This document shows positions 16,766 to 24,548 of a stretch of DNA of 32,000 bases, piece after piece. Position numbers and translations under genes: made by a program. The first letter of the stretch is position 1. Each line of letters begins with the position of its first letter. This DNA is from Nitratiruptor sp. YY09-18. GTDB lineage: Bacteria; Campylobacterota; Campylobacteria; Campylobacterales; Nitratiruptoraceae. The stretch covers positions 1,637,649 through 1,669,648 of the forward strand of contig NZ_AP023065.1 of assembly GCF_016593235.1 (NCBI RefSeq), given 5' to 3'. The notes below the pieces were generated by a model, which had not been told where the DNA came from, ran no database searches, and worked only from the letters and a program-made list of their open reading frames with translations.

Positions 16766-18142
16766 ATGACAAAAATAGTTGCCACATTAGGACCAAGCTC
16801 GCAAGATAAAATTGATAAACTGATCAAATCAGGTGTTAACGTTTTTCGTCTTAACTTTAGCCATGCAGACCATAACATTCATAAAAAAGCAATTAATAAA
16901 ATAAGAGAGACTGCAAAAAAACTTGGAAGCAAAACAGCAATTTTACAAGATATTAGCGGACCAAAGATTCGTATAGGTGAAATTGATGGGATCTTAGAAC
17001 TCAACAAAGGCGATAAAATCCGTCTTGTCAAAGACCAACCTACTTCAAAATATGACCTTACCCTAAGCTTTCCTGAAATAATTGATGATTTGCAAGTAGG
17101 AGAATATGTCTTCTTTGCTGATGGCACTATCAGAGCAAAAGTAGTAGAGAAAGACCCTCATAGTGCTACTCTCATAGTTAAAAATGCAGGAGTCCTCTCT
17201 AGTCGAAAAGGTGTTAATTTCCCTCACTCCAATCTGAGCCTCAGTGCTATTACACCAAAAGATGAAAAGGATTTGCGCTTTGGTGCAAAAGAGGGAATCG
17301 ATATAGTAGCGATAAGCTTTGTAAATAGTGCACAAGATATCCAAAAAGCTCGCGAAATTTTGCGCCAAGAGGGAGCAAATCCTTGGATAGTTGCCAAGAT
17401 AGAAACAAAAAAAGCGGTAGAAAATCTTGCATCCATCTTACAAGCCAGTGACGGAGTAATGGTAGCACGAGGAGATTTGGGCATTGAAGTGGGAATCGAG
17501 AAGGTTCCTGTCATACAAAAACGTATCATCAAAGAAGCAAATCGTCTCGGAAAACCTGTCATCACTGCAACGCAGATGCTCCTTTCAATGGTCAACTCAC
17601 CATTTCCAACCCGTGCGGAAGTAAGCGATGTGGCTAATGCAGTGATGGATGGAAGTGATGCAGTCATGCTCAGTGATGAGACAACAGTGGGCAAATATCC
17701 GATTGAAGCTGTAGAAACACTCCGTAAAGTAATCAAAGAGACTATGAGTATCTACCCATTTTACAAGCGCTATGAGGGCAAAGATGTCGATGCAATTGCA
17801 GGAAGCGTAGCAGACCTTTGTAAATCTATCGCTCCAAAAGCAATCGTCTCTTTTACAAGTAGCGGAACAACTGTCAAAAGTATAGCCAAATATCGCCCCC
17901 AAGCCCCTATCATCGCTGTCACACATGATAAAAAAACTTCGCATAAACTCTCGCTAGTATGGGGTGTGCAAGAGATTTTAGAAATGCCAAAAATCAAAAA
18001 TCCAGAAAACCTTATTCAGAAATTTCTTGATGTCGCACAAAGAGAAAAGATTATAGCACCAGGTGATACAATCATCCTCACAATGGGAAGTATTGTCGGC
18101 AAAGAGGGAACAACCAATATGATACGGGTCGTTGAAGTATAA
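16766..18142 (+). CDS. pyk: Pyruvate kinase
   Basis: MTKIVATLGPSS, NFSHA, MVARGDLGIE and MLSDETTVGKYP are canonical pyruvate kinase motifs. ATG 16766 (SD aaaggag) is preferred over ATG 16748. Confidence 0.93.
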   Translation: MTKIVATLGPSSQDKIDKLIKSGVNVFRLNFSHADHNIHKKAINKIRETAKKLGSKTAILQDISGPKIRIGEIDGILELNKGDKIRLVKDQPTSKYDLTLSFPEIIDDLQVGEYVFFADGTIRAKVVEKDPHSATLIVKNAGVLSSRKGVNFPHSNLSLSAITPKDEKDLRFGAKEGIDIVAISFVNSAQDIQKAREILRQEGANPWIVAKIETKKAVENLASILQASDGVMVARGDLGIEVGIEKVPVIQKRIIKEANRLGKPVITATQMLLSMVNSPFPTRAEVSDVANAVMDGSDAVMLSDETTVGKYPIEAVETLRKVIKETMSIYPFYKRYEGKDVDAIAGSVADLCKSIAPKAIVSFTSSGTTVKSIAKYRPQAPIIAVTHDKKTSHKLSLVWGVQEILEMPKIKNPENLIQKFLDVAQREKIIAPGDTIILTMGSIVGKEGTTNMIRVVEV

Positions 18143-18145
18143 GGA

Positions 18146-18352
18146 TCACATCTGTGGATGTCCTGCAAATCCTCCTACAAATATCCCAATTAGTGCTGAG
18201 AATAGTCCAATAATAAAATAGATTATAAAAAGTGCCGGAATAGAAGCAAATGCAAACTTCACCATAAACCAGACAAGATCCCAAAAGGGGATCTTAAGTC
18301 CCGTAATTATTACCTCTTTTTTCTCTTGTGGCATTTGAGTCTCTTCAGCCAT
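18146..18352 (-). CDS. Small hydrophobic membrane protein (68 aa), unknown function
   Basis: Two predicted TM segments. ATG 18352 is preceded by agaggag with a 5-nt spacer and lies 2 nt after the upstream stop. Confidence 0.55.
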   Translation of the reverse strand: MAEETQMPQEKKEVIITGLKIPFWDLVWFMVKFAFASIPALFIIYFIIGLFSALIGIFVGGFAGHPQM

Positions 18353-18354
18353 AG

Positions 18355-18711
18355 CTACTCCTCTATACATGATCGCACATTATATCCGCGGGGAAATTCT
18401 GGATGAACAAGCTCATCTCCCTTGAGTTTCCACTCACCCTTCTTCACAAGAACATAGCCTATTTTGTTGGTTTTATCAAGGCATAAAATATTTTTGCCCT
18501 GCTCAAAGGCTGCTTTGACCTCTTTGATATGGTGCATACGCCAACTGTAGTGTGCAAGCAAAGCCGCAAAGAGTACAACTCCGAGGGTTCCTAGCACCTT
18601 TTTGGCATTGAGATCAACAAAGGGACGTGTCACAACAAAAGCAGCGATTGCCATAATAAATAGAGCTATGAGGATATACACAAGCTCTTCTCGCAAAAAA
18701 TCAACCACCAT
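18355..18711 (-). CDS. Membrane protein (118 aa; two TM helices + soluble C-terminal domain), unknown function
   Basis: ATG 18711 is preceded by agaggagat and overlaps the upstream stop by 11 nt. The longer 155-aa track ORF would run deep into the upstream gene. Confidence 0.55.
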   Translation of the reverse strand: MVVDFLREELVYILIALFIMAIAAFVVTRPFVDLNAKKVLGTLGVVLFAALLAHYSWRMHHIKEVKAAFEQGKNILCLDKTNKIGYVLVKKGEWKLKGDELVHPEFPRGYNVRSCIEE

Positions 18712-19693
18712 ATCTCCTCTCCCACTCATAAAATGCGTCACTAAAATATTTGATACGCTCTTTTTTAAACTCCCTCGTTGAGTAGAGATAGCGATAATCA
18801 CGTGGCTTGATCTCTTTGGCAATCTCCTCTACCACCTCTTCTACCTCCTCTTTGCTCTTTCCATGCACCATGCTAAAGAGACTATATGGCCAATTGGGAT
18901 ATGTGGGACGCAAATAGCAGTGACTCACGGCTTTATAGGCTGCGACTTTTTCTCCTATCTCTTCGGCTTTTTTTTCATCCACATCCCATACTACCATCGC
19001 ATTGGCGCTAAACCCTGCTTTGCGGTGACGTAAAATAGTAGCAAAACGGCGCATATATCCACCCTCTTGCAATCTTTTAGCCTCCTGCGCCAATGTATCA
19101 TAATCGATACCAAGTTCCTCTACCACCTTTGCAAAAGGCTCATGCACTGCATCAATATCTTCTTGCAATAGTTTTATAAGGTTGTAGTGTAACGGAGTAA
19201 GATCAAATGATACCTTTTTCTTCTTCTCTACCTTCTCTTTTTTCTTCCCCATGCCACGAGGATCTAGCTGTACTTTGATTTTGAACATCTTTTTTGTAGG
19301 CAAGATAATATATTCTTGCGCATCACTCCTCTTTGCCAAAACTTCAACTGTCTTTTCCAATCCCAACTTACTATCTGGGGCAACAGCTATTGTAAACCAT
19401 AGATTAAAATCGTGGTCTCTCTCATAATTGTGTGAAACTCCCGGATGGGTATTTATAAATGTTGCGGAACTTTCAATATCCTCTACTTTAAATGCAACTA
19501 AAGAGGAGCTATACCCTAATGATTTTGTATCAAAAATAGCAGAAGTTTGACGGATAATTCCCTCATCTTTGAATTTTTTATAAATGTCAAGCACTTTATC
19601 TTCACTTGTTTCTAATTGTGCTGCCAATTTGGCAAAAGGTCTTTGACAAATGGGAAACTCTTGCTGCAGTAATGTTATGAGTCTCTCTTCCAT
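18701..19693 (-). CDS. Fused NirD/NirL-like (AhbA/AhbB-like) siroheme decarboxylase, two AsnC/Lrp-like halves
   Basis: N-terminal LITLLQQEFPICQRPFAKLAAQLETSEDKVLDIYKKFKDEGIIRQ recurs as LIKLLQEDIDAVHEPFAKVVEELGIDYDTLAQEAKRLQEGGYMRR in the second half. The start is re-assigned to ATG 19693, which has the SD aaggag. ATG 19711 sits inside the predicted -10. Confidence 0.75.
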   Translation of the reverse strand: MEERLITLLQQEFPICQRPFAKLAAQLETSEDKVLDIYKKFKDEGIIRQTSAIFDTKSLGYSSSLVAFKVEDIESSATFINTHPGVSHNYERDHDFNLWFTIAVAPDSKLGLEKTVEVLAKRSDAQEYIILPTKKMFKIKVQLDPRGMGKKKEKVEKKKKVSFDLTPLHYNLIKLLQEDIDAVHEPFAKVVEELGIDYDTLAQEAKRLQEGGYMRRFATILRHRKAGFSANAMVVWDVDEKKAEEIGEKVAAYKAVSHCYLRPTYPNWPYSLFSMVHGKSKEEVEEVVEEIAKEIKPRDYRYLYSTREFKKERIKYFSDAFYEWERRYGG

Positions 19694-19709
19694 ATCACTC
19701 CTTTTTGCC

Positions 19710-19715
19710 ATTGTA
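19710..19715 (-). promoter_or_regulatory. Putative -10 (TACAAT) for the siroheme decarboxylase operon
   Basis: The hexamer begins exactly 22 nt after the end of the TTGAT-N4-ATCAA box on the minus strand and lies 16 nt upstream of ATG 19693. Confidence 0.5.
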
Positions 19716-19737
19716 TATATTTTAACCTTGCAATACC

Positions 19738-19751
19738 TTGATATCTATCAA
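19738..19751. promoter_or_regulatory. Perfect Crp/Fnr-family binding site TTGAT-ATCT-ATCAA
   Basis: It matches the consensus TTGAT-N4-ATCAA at 10 of 10 positions. It sits in a divergent intergenic region at class II distance (box centre about -41.5) from -10 hexamers on both strands. Confidence 0.6.
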
Positions 19752-19770
19752 AAGCTCCCAGTTTTAGCTA

Positions 19771-19779
19771 TGATACAAT
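19771..19779 (+). promoter_or_regulatory. Putative extended -10 (TGaTACAAT) for the precorrin-2 dehydrogenase gene
   Basis: The hexamer begins exactly 22 nt after the box end on the plus strand and lies 17 nt upstream of ATG 19797. Confidence 0.5.
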
Positions 19780-19796
19780 GTCGAAAAAGGAGTGAT

Positions 19797-20369
19797 ATGG
19801 GATATTTTCCAGCCTTTTTAAAACTGCAAAACAAAAAAGTTCTCATTATTGGTGGAGGCAAAATCGCAACTGATAAGCTCTCTCATATGCTCGACTTTAC
19901 CAAAAACATTACTATTATCTCTCCTGATCTCTCATCATCTATGCAAGAGTTTATAGAGTGTCACAATCTCGCCTATCTTCCACGAAGATTCAAAAGTGGT
20001 GATACACAAGGTTTTTTTCTCGTTATTGTAGCAGTTGATAATATAGAAGTACAAAAAGAGGTATACCAAGAGTGCCAACAAAGTCGAACCCTTTGCAACG
20101 CAGTAGATAGCGTAGAGTATTGTGACTTTATCTTCCCCTCTTACATTAAACGTGGAGATCTTACAATCGCAATCTCTACAAGTGGTGCTTCTCCCGCTTT
20201 TGCCAAATATTTACGTAGAGCTATCGAAAAACTTCTTCCAGACAATCTCGAAGAGTTTTTGGATGAACTCAAAAATCTTCGCAAAACTCTTCCAAAAGGA
20301 ATAGAGCGAATGCAACTGCTTGATAGCAAAGCAAAAGAATTTATACAAAAACTCTTTAAGGAAAAATAA
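19797..20369 (+). CDS. Precorrin-2 dehydrogenase / sirohydrochlorin ferrochelatase (SirC/Met8/CysG N-terminal domain-like)
   Basis: FPAFLKLQNKKVLIIGGGKIATDKL is a Rossmann motif typical of the siroheme synthase N-terminal domain, followed by ISTSGASPAFAKYLR. ATG 19797 has the SD aaggag. The track ORF from 19650 is an upstream extension. Confidence 0.85.
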   Translation: MGYFPAFLKLQNKKVLIIGGGKIATDKLSHMLDFTKNITIISPDLSSSMQEFIECHNLAYLPRRFKSGDTQGFFLVIVAVDNIEVQKEVYQECQQSRTLCNAVDSVEYCDFIFPSYIKRGDLTIAISTSGASPAFAKYLRRAIEKLLPDNLEEFLDELKNLRKTLPKGIERMQLLDSKAKEFIQKLFKEK

Positions 20370-20740
20370 TGTATAGCAAAAAGATTCTTTGGGCGATCTT
20401 CTTTACATTTTTGTTTGTGAGTCTTGCACTTTTTTACCAAAATCTTCCAGCTCCTAAAAATAAGCGTGTATATGAGCAGATTTTGCCCTATTTTCCCTAC
20501 ACTATCCAAAAAGAGCTTGGTGGTATCGATATTGTAGATAAAAGAACCGGTAAAGATCTCAATATCGATAATGTGAAAGTTTATGTAGCTTTTGATGAAC
20601 TGCTAAGAAAATGGGGCAAAAAACACCTCTTGCTCAGTGGCGATATCCTCGTCATTCTTGATGACAATGGACATCCTGTCAAAAAAATCCAACTCAATCA
20701 AAAAGAGCGGGAATGGGTAAAGAAATTTTTTGGACTCTAA
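20369..20740 (+). CDS. Hypothetical N-terminally anchored protein (123 aa)
   Basis: The TAATG overlap with the upstream stop indicates coupling. One N-terminal TM helix. I recognise no family. Confidence 0.5.
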   Translation: MYSKKILWAIFFTFLFVSLALFYQNLPAPKNKRVYEQILPYFPYTIQKELGGIDIVDKRTGKDLNIDNVKVYVAFDELLRKWGKKHLLLSGDILVILDDNGHPVKKIQLNQKEREWVKKFFGL

Positions 20741-20742
20741 GA

Positions 20743-21198
20743 TTATGGCATATCAAGATATTTGATAAGACCAATACCCTTATGTACTATTTCCGGAAAT
20801 GTTAATGTCTTGGTACCACCATATTTGAGTCGAAAAACATTGAGTGCGTCACTGTTTCTCACAGGGATCAGGTCGTCACCCTTTGGCCCTTGGAGGCGAC
20901 TGCCAAACACATAGATTGCACCTTCTGCTCTAATCCAATCACCACTGATGTAGTCTTTTACCATCAACTTTTTAAAATCGGTCTCTTTTGTTACATTATA
21001 TTCAGGAAACTCATATGGACGCAGATAAAAATAAAACATCGATTTTGGACAGCAAAAGAGAACTGTTTTACCATTTGCAAGCTCTATTTTTGCTTGAAAC
21101 TTTGGATATTTGTTGACATCAATATGATAGACAGGATCTTTGACAACCTTAGCAAAAAGTGCAACAACAAACAAAATAAGCACTGCTATACGTCTCAT
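20743..21198 (-). CDS. nosL: NosL-family accessory protein, paralogue 2, with signal peptide
   Basis: It is the last gene of the nos cluster. GSRLQGPKGDDLIPVRNSDALNVFRLKYGGTKTLTFPEI resembles the NosL C-terminal region. SD agaggagg upstream. Confidence 0.65.
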   Translation of the reverse strand: MRRIAVLILFVVALFAKVVKDPVYHIDVNKYPKFQAKIELANGKTVLFCCPKSMFYFYLRPYEFPEYNVTKETDFKKLMVKDYISGDWIRAEGAIYVFGSRLQGPKGDDLIPVRNSDALNVFRLKYGGTKTLTFPEIVHKGIGLIKYLDMP

Positions 21199-21209
21199 AA
21201 CCCCTCCTC

Positions 21210-22037
21210 TTATAAAAGATCTCGCTTTTTGAAAAAGTAATATCCAAGAGCTGCAAAGAAAAAACCTACAAATAGCGGATAAAAAATTGCATACAAAATA
21301 AATGGCGTATGTCCAAAATTATCAAGTAAAAAGTACGCTACTGGCCCCATCACAGTGAGTTCCGGATCAAATAGGCTCATAGCCCCTACCCGGAACACTT
21401 CTAAAGGATTGAGCAGCGCAATCGAGATGATCACCTCATCACTCCACCTATTAGCAAGCATAAGTCCAATCAGCGCAATATCCAAAAATGCAAGAAGTGT
21501 AATCCAGACAACAAAGCTAGCCCCCAGGGCTACATCATGTGATTTTACAATGGTAGAGATAAAAAAGGCTATTCCCAAGAAGGCAGCACACATACTAAAC
21601 AAAAAAGCACTGTAAACCAAAAGCATTTTCCATGGTAACTCGCCACCCTTAAAGACTCCCCAAATCACACCCAAAATAAGCGCTAAAAAAACGGGAACAA
21701 AAACAATAAAAAATCTGCCAAGCATTTTCCCCCAGTAGTACTCTTTCAATGAAACAGGAAAGGAGAGCATATATTCTAGTATCGCACTCTCTCTATCACC
21801 AGAAATCGACTTCACTGTTGTAATGAGGATGAAAATCGGCAAAATTACAATTGTTACTTGCATATAAACAAGAAGTAGTCTGCTAAGCCCAGTAAAACCC
21901 ATCACAACACTATCGGTAATGCCTGTAATGAAAAAAAGAGCCATCAAGCCACCAAAGACCAGCAAATAGACAAGAAACCACCGACTTCTTGTGGATTCTT
22001 TGATATCGAGTTTAGAAATGAGGAATAGATTTTTCAA
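21210..22037 (-). CDS. nosY: NosY, ABC-2 type permease of the NosDFY complex
   Basis: Polytopic membrane protein with N-terminal KLDIKESTRSRWF, typical of NosY. The TTG start overlaps the upstream stop (TTGA). Position in the nos cluster supports the call. Confidence 0.8.
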   Translation of the reverse strand: MKNLFLISKLDIKESTRSRWFLVYLLVFGGLMALFFITGITDSVVMGFTGLSRLLLVYMQVTIVILPIFILITTVKSISGDRESAILEYMLSFPVSLKEYYWGKMLGRFFIVFVPVFLALILGVIWGVFKGGELPWKMLLVYSAFLFSMCAAFLGIAFFISTIVKSHDVALGASFVVWITLLAFLDIALIGLMLANRWSDEVIISIALLNPLEVFRVGAMSLFDPELTVMGPVAYFLLDNFGHTPFILYAIFYPLFVGFFFAALGYYFFKKRDLL

Positions 22038-22504
22038 TGTTGCTCCATATGCATTTTGTGCATTTTTCTTTTTTTGATCGTTTTTTCCATCTCTTCATAA
22101 CTAAGTCCTTTATCCCCTGCCTCACTTGGCAAAAGTGCTCCATATCCAAAATCCATAGGAGTAGTATAGCCTTTGACATAGCGGGCTTTTTTCGCATCAA
22201 TCCACTTCCCAGTTTTCGCATCAGTAATCCATACTTTGACAATGTGGATATCTGGATGAGACCGCTTCCAAAGCACATAACATCCGATATCATCAAACCT
22301 GTATACCTTTTGATGATCATCTACAGCCTGTACTGCAAATTTTCGCTCACTGATAGCCATTTTACACCGATCACATAGATCCCGATCCCAATGAATCGGT
22401 GGTGGCTCTTTGGTATAGTCTTTTTTTGAACATCCTGCTATAAAAAAAGCTCCTATGACCAATAACTGTGCCAGAAAAAAACTCCAAACTTTAAACCCTC
22501 TCAT
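22034..22504 (-). CDS. nosL: NosL-family copper chaperone lipoprotein, paralogue 1, with a Met/His-rich C-terminal tail
   Basis: Lipobox FIAGCS. CDRCKMAISERKFAVQ...YRFDDIGC is the NosL signature. The C-terminus is KKRKMHKMHMEQH. ATG 22504 is preferred over TTG 22522. Confidence 0.75.
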   Translation of the reverse strand: MRGFKVWSFFLAQLLVIGAFFIAGCSKKDYTKEPPPIHWDRDLCDRCKMAISERKFAVQAVDDHQKVYRFDDIGCYVLWKRSHPDIHIVKVWITDAKTGKWIDAKKARYVKGYTTPMDFGYGALLPSEAGDKGLSYEEMEKTIKKRKMHKMHMEQH

Positions 22505-23129
22505 CTTCCACCACCTTTCCAAGATCCATATAGATCTTTCTATTGATTAGTGACTCCACCTCTTCCAATCGGTGCGTTATGTAGATCGTCGTCACCTTTT
22601 GATCAAGTTCCTCAAGCAAGCTATAAAATCGCTCTCTCGCCTTTGGATCGAGATTTGCCGTAGGCTCATCAAAGATTAAAATATCACTATTTTTCGCCAA
22701 AGCAATGGCAATGAGCATCTTTTGCTTCATCCCTCCACTGAGTTTAAAAAAGGGCTTGGATAAGTTCTTCTCCAAAGCAAGATCCATCTTTTTGGCCTCT
22801 TGCTCGATAGACTCTCTTTTCACACTAGAACTTTTTGAGACATACTCCATCAGTTCTATGAGACTTAGTTTGATAGGAGGAGGAGTTTGGGGAATGAAGC
22901 TGATATGATGCAAAACGTTTTGCCGCTCTTTGATAGGGTCAGATCCGTTGACGCGAATAGATCCACTATCAAGATGGTAAAATCCCAAAATGGAGCGTAC
23001 AAGCGTTGTCTTTCCGGCTCCATTGGGACCCATCAAAGCAATCTTGTCACCATCTTCGATGGTTAAATCGATCTCATCTAATACATTGACATCTAAAAAT
23101 CGTTTGGTAGCTTGCCGTACTTCTATCAT
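22491..23129 (-). CDS. nosF: NosF, ABC transporter ATPase
   Basis: Walker A GPNGAGKTT, signature LSGGMKQK and Walker B ILIFDEP. ATGA overlap with the nosH stop. Confidence 0.88.
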   Translation of the reverse strand: MIEVRQATKRFLDVNVLDEIDLTIEDGDKIALMGPNGAGKTTLVRSILGFYHLDSGSIRVNGSDPIKERQNVLHHISFIPQTPPPIKLSLIELMEYVSKSSSVKRESIEQEAKKMDLALEKNLSKPFFKLSGGMKQKMLIAIALAKNSDILIFDEPTANLDPKARERFYSLLEELDQKVTTIYITHRLEEVESLINRKIYMDLGKVVEDERV

Positions 23130-24076
23130 ACAAGATTCTTCAATCGGAATTCGAAGTTATACGCATCCTCATGACACACATCAAAACATCTTGCACACAT
23201 TATACAATCGCCATCTTTAACGAACTCTTTAGTGATTCCTTTTTCTTTACGCTCTGGATCATATTTCGCTTTGAATCGTTCAAGAACATGCTCTTCAGGA
23301 CAAGCGATAAAACAAGCTGCACAGTGATCACACTTTTCCATATCCCATTGGACTTTCATAGGGCTCACCCATCCCAAAAAGCTATAGGTGGTTCCTATCG
23401 GACAGACATATTTACACCATGCTCTTCGTGAATAGAAGATCTCTATGAGTAAAATAACAAGTACCCAAACAATTGCGAGACTCCATCCATACACAATGAA
23501 GCGGCTGAGTATTCCCACTGGATTGATCACTTCAAAAACCATATATCCATCGATTGCTGCAGCAGCAAGAAAAATGGCCCAAAAGATATAGCGTACTCGG
23601 GGATTGAATTTGTGCTCTTTAATGATATGTTTGCTGACCAATTTTTGATGAAAATACTCCCCGATTTCACTCAAAAGCCCATAGGGACAGACCCATCCAC
23701 AAAATGCCTTTCCCCCAACAAAAAAATAAAAAGCCACAATAGTCGAAACCCCTATGATGATGTTGGTATGGACATGATGCTCTGCAGCCAAGATCTCCAA
23801 TGCTGCAAAAGGATCGATCAAATGAAAGCCCAAAAGCCTTGAGCCTGTGAGCGTCCCCTCTAGAAACTGTATATCGATGTGATACGAGAGGAAAAAGACT
23901 AAATTGATAATGATAATACTCAGCCATCGCCAAAAACGCCATGTGGGACGAATTTTTCCCTCTCTTGTTTTATAATAGAGTGTTGACCATAAGGGAGCAC
24001 CTATGATTTCCCGTACACTCCAGTTATATCTATCCACGTCCTCCCCCTTACTGTGCCTTTTTGAGTTTTTGGGCAA
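23126..24076 (-). CDS. nosH: NosH, NapH-like membrane-bound iron-sulfur protein (putative quinol dehydrogenase subunit)
   Basis: Four TM segments, CGWVCPYG and CKYVCPIG motifs, and a C-terminal di-cluster ferredoxin (CDHCAACFIACP, CIMCARCFDVC). The start is uncertain: TTG 24076 (29-nt overlap with nosC2) or GTG 24037. Confidence 0.82.
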   Translation of the reverse strand: MPKNSKRHSKGEDVDRYNWSVREIIGAPLWSTLYYKTREGKIRPTWRFWRWLSIIIINLVFFLSYHIDIQFLEGTLTGSRLLGFHLIDPFAALEILAAEHHVHTNIIIGVSTIVAFYFFVGGKAFCGWVCPYGLLSEIGEYFHQKLVSKHIIKEHKFNPRVRYIFWAIFLAAAAIDGYMVFEVINPVGILSRFIVYGWSLAIVWVLVILLIEIFYSRRAWCKYVCPIGTTYSFLGWVSPMKVQWDMEKCDHCAACFIACPEEHVLERFKAKYDPERKEKGITKEFVKDGDCIMCARCFDVCHEDAYNFEFRLKNLV

Positions 24077-24548
24077 ATGATGCGATTTCTGCTGCTAATG
24101 ATTCAAGCTCTTTATCGCTCAGCTGTTGCAAAAGACCATACATTACATAGTTTTTACGTTTACCAGATTTAAAATCTTTGAGTGCTTGCAAAATTTCCTC
24201 TTTACTTTTACCAATAAGTTTTGGCCCAACTGCACCACCACCGTTGATACCATGGCATGATGCACAGTTTCTTCTATAAGTAGCACTCACTTCAAATGCA
24301 CTCATGCGCCCTGCTTTCTCTTTGAGAACTTTCAGCTTTTTCTCCTCTTCGCTCTCTTCAGCTTTTTGTGGCTTTTGTGTTGGTGTCGGTGCTACCGCCT
24401 TTTTCGCCATAGGCACCTCAAGTTTACTTTTTTGGATAATCTCATGAATCATCTGCAATCTATTTACCTCTCTATCAAGCTTTGCCATATAAAGAATTGC
24501 CCATACCGTAAGAGCTGCTGCTATCGCTGCTATGATATGTCGTATCAT
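24048..24548 (-). CDS. nosC2: NosC2, membrane-anchored monohaem cytochrome c
   Basis: N-terminal TM anchor and the CASCH haem motif. It parallels NosC1 in FKSGKRKN...L..LSD..L..LA.EIA.F. Confidence 0.8.
   Translation of the reverse strand: MIRHIIAAIAAALTVWAILYMAKLDREVNRLQMIHEIIQKSKLEVPMAKKAVAPTPTQKPQKAEESEEEKKLKVLKEKAGRMSAFEVSATYRRNCASCHGINGGGAVGPKLIGKSKEEILQALKDFKSGKRKNYVMYGLLQQLSDKELESLAAEIASFAQKLKKAQ

Larger units (their letters stand above)
19690..19800. repeat. 17-bp perfect inverted repeat (ccatatcactccttttt at 19690-19706 / aaaaaggagtgatatgg at 19784-19800) giving the two divergent genes identical SD-spacer-ATG-G regions
   Basis: Reverse complement of 19690-19706 equals 19784-19800. 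The arms are placed almost symmetrically around the 19738-19751 palindrome. Confidence 0.85.

Noticed and set aside
17224-17736. 170-aa minus-strand ORF, plus 17063-17368, 17597-17944 and 17770-17997, antisense to pyruvate kinase
   Set aside because: These are shadow ORFs inside a canonical pyk gene. They have no SD and no recognisable motifs, and their composition is Ser/Thr/Ala-biased, as expected for antisense reading.
18712-18822. N-terminal extension of the 155-aa ORF (track start 18822)
   Set aside because: It would overlap the siroheme decarboxylase gene by 122 nt. The internal ATG 18711 has a strong SD (agaggag) and begins directly at the hydrophobic N-terminus.
19694-19711. ATG 19711 as the start of the siroheme decarboxylase gene
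   Set aside because: This ATG lies inside the predicted TACAAT -10 hexamer and has no SD. ATG 19693 has AAGGAG at ideal spacing, duplicated in mirror image for the divergent gene, and family members start close to the LxxLQ motif.
19650-19796. Upstream extension of the precorrin-2 dehydrogenase ORF (track start 19650)
   Set aside because: It would cross the divergent promoter and overlap the neighbouring gene start. The extension is low-complexity with no SD, whereas ATG 19797 has AAGGAG 4 nt upstream.
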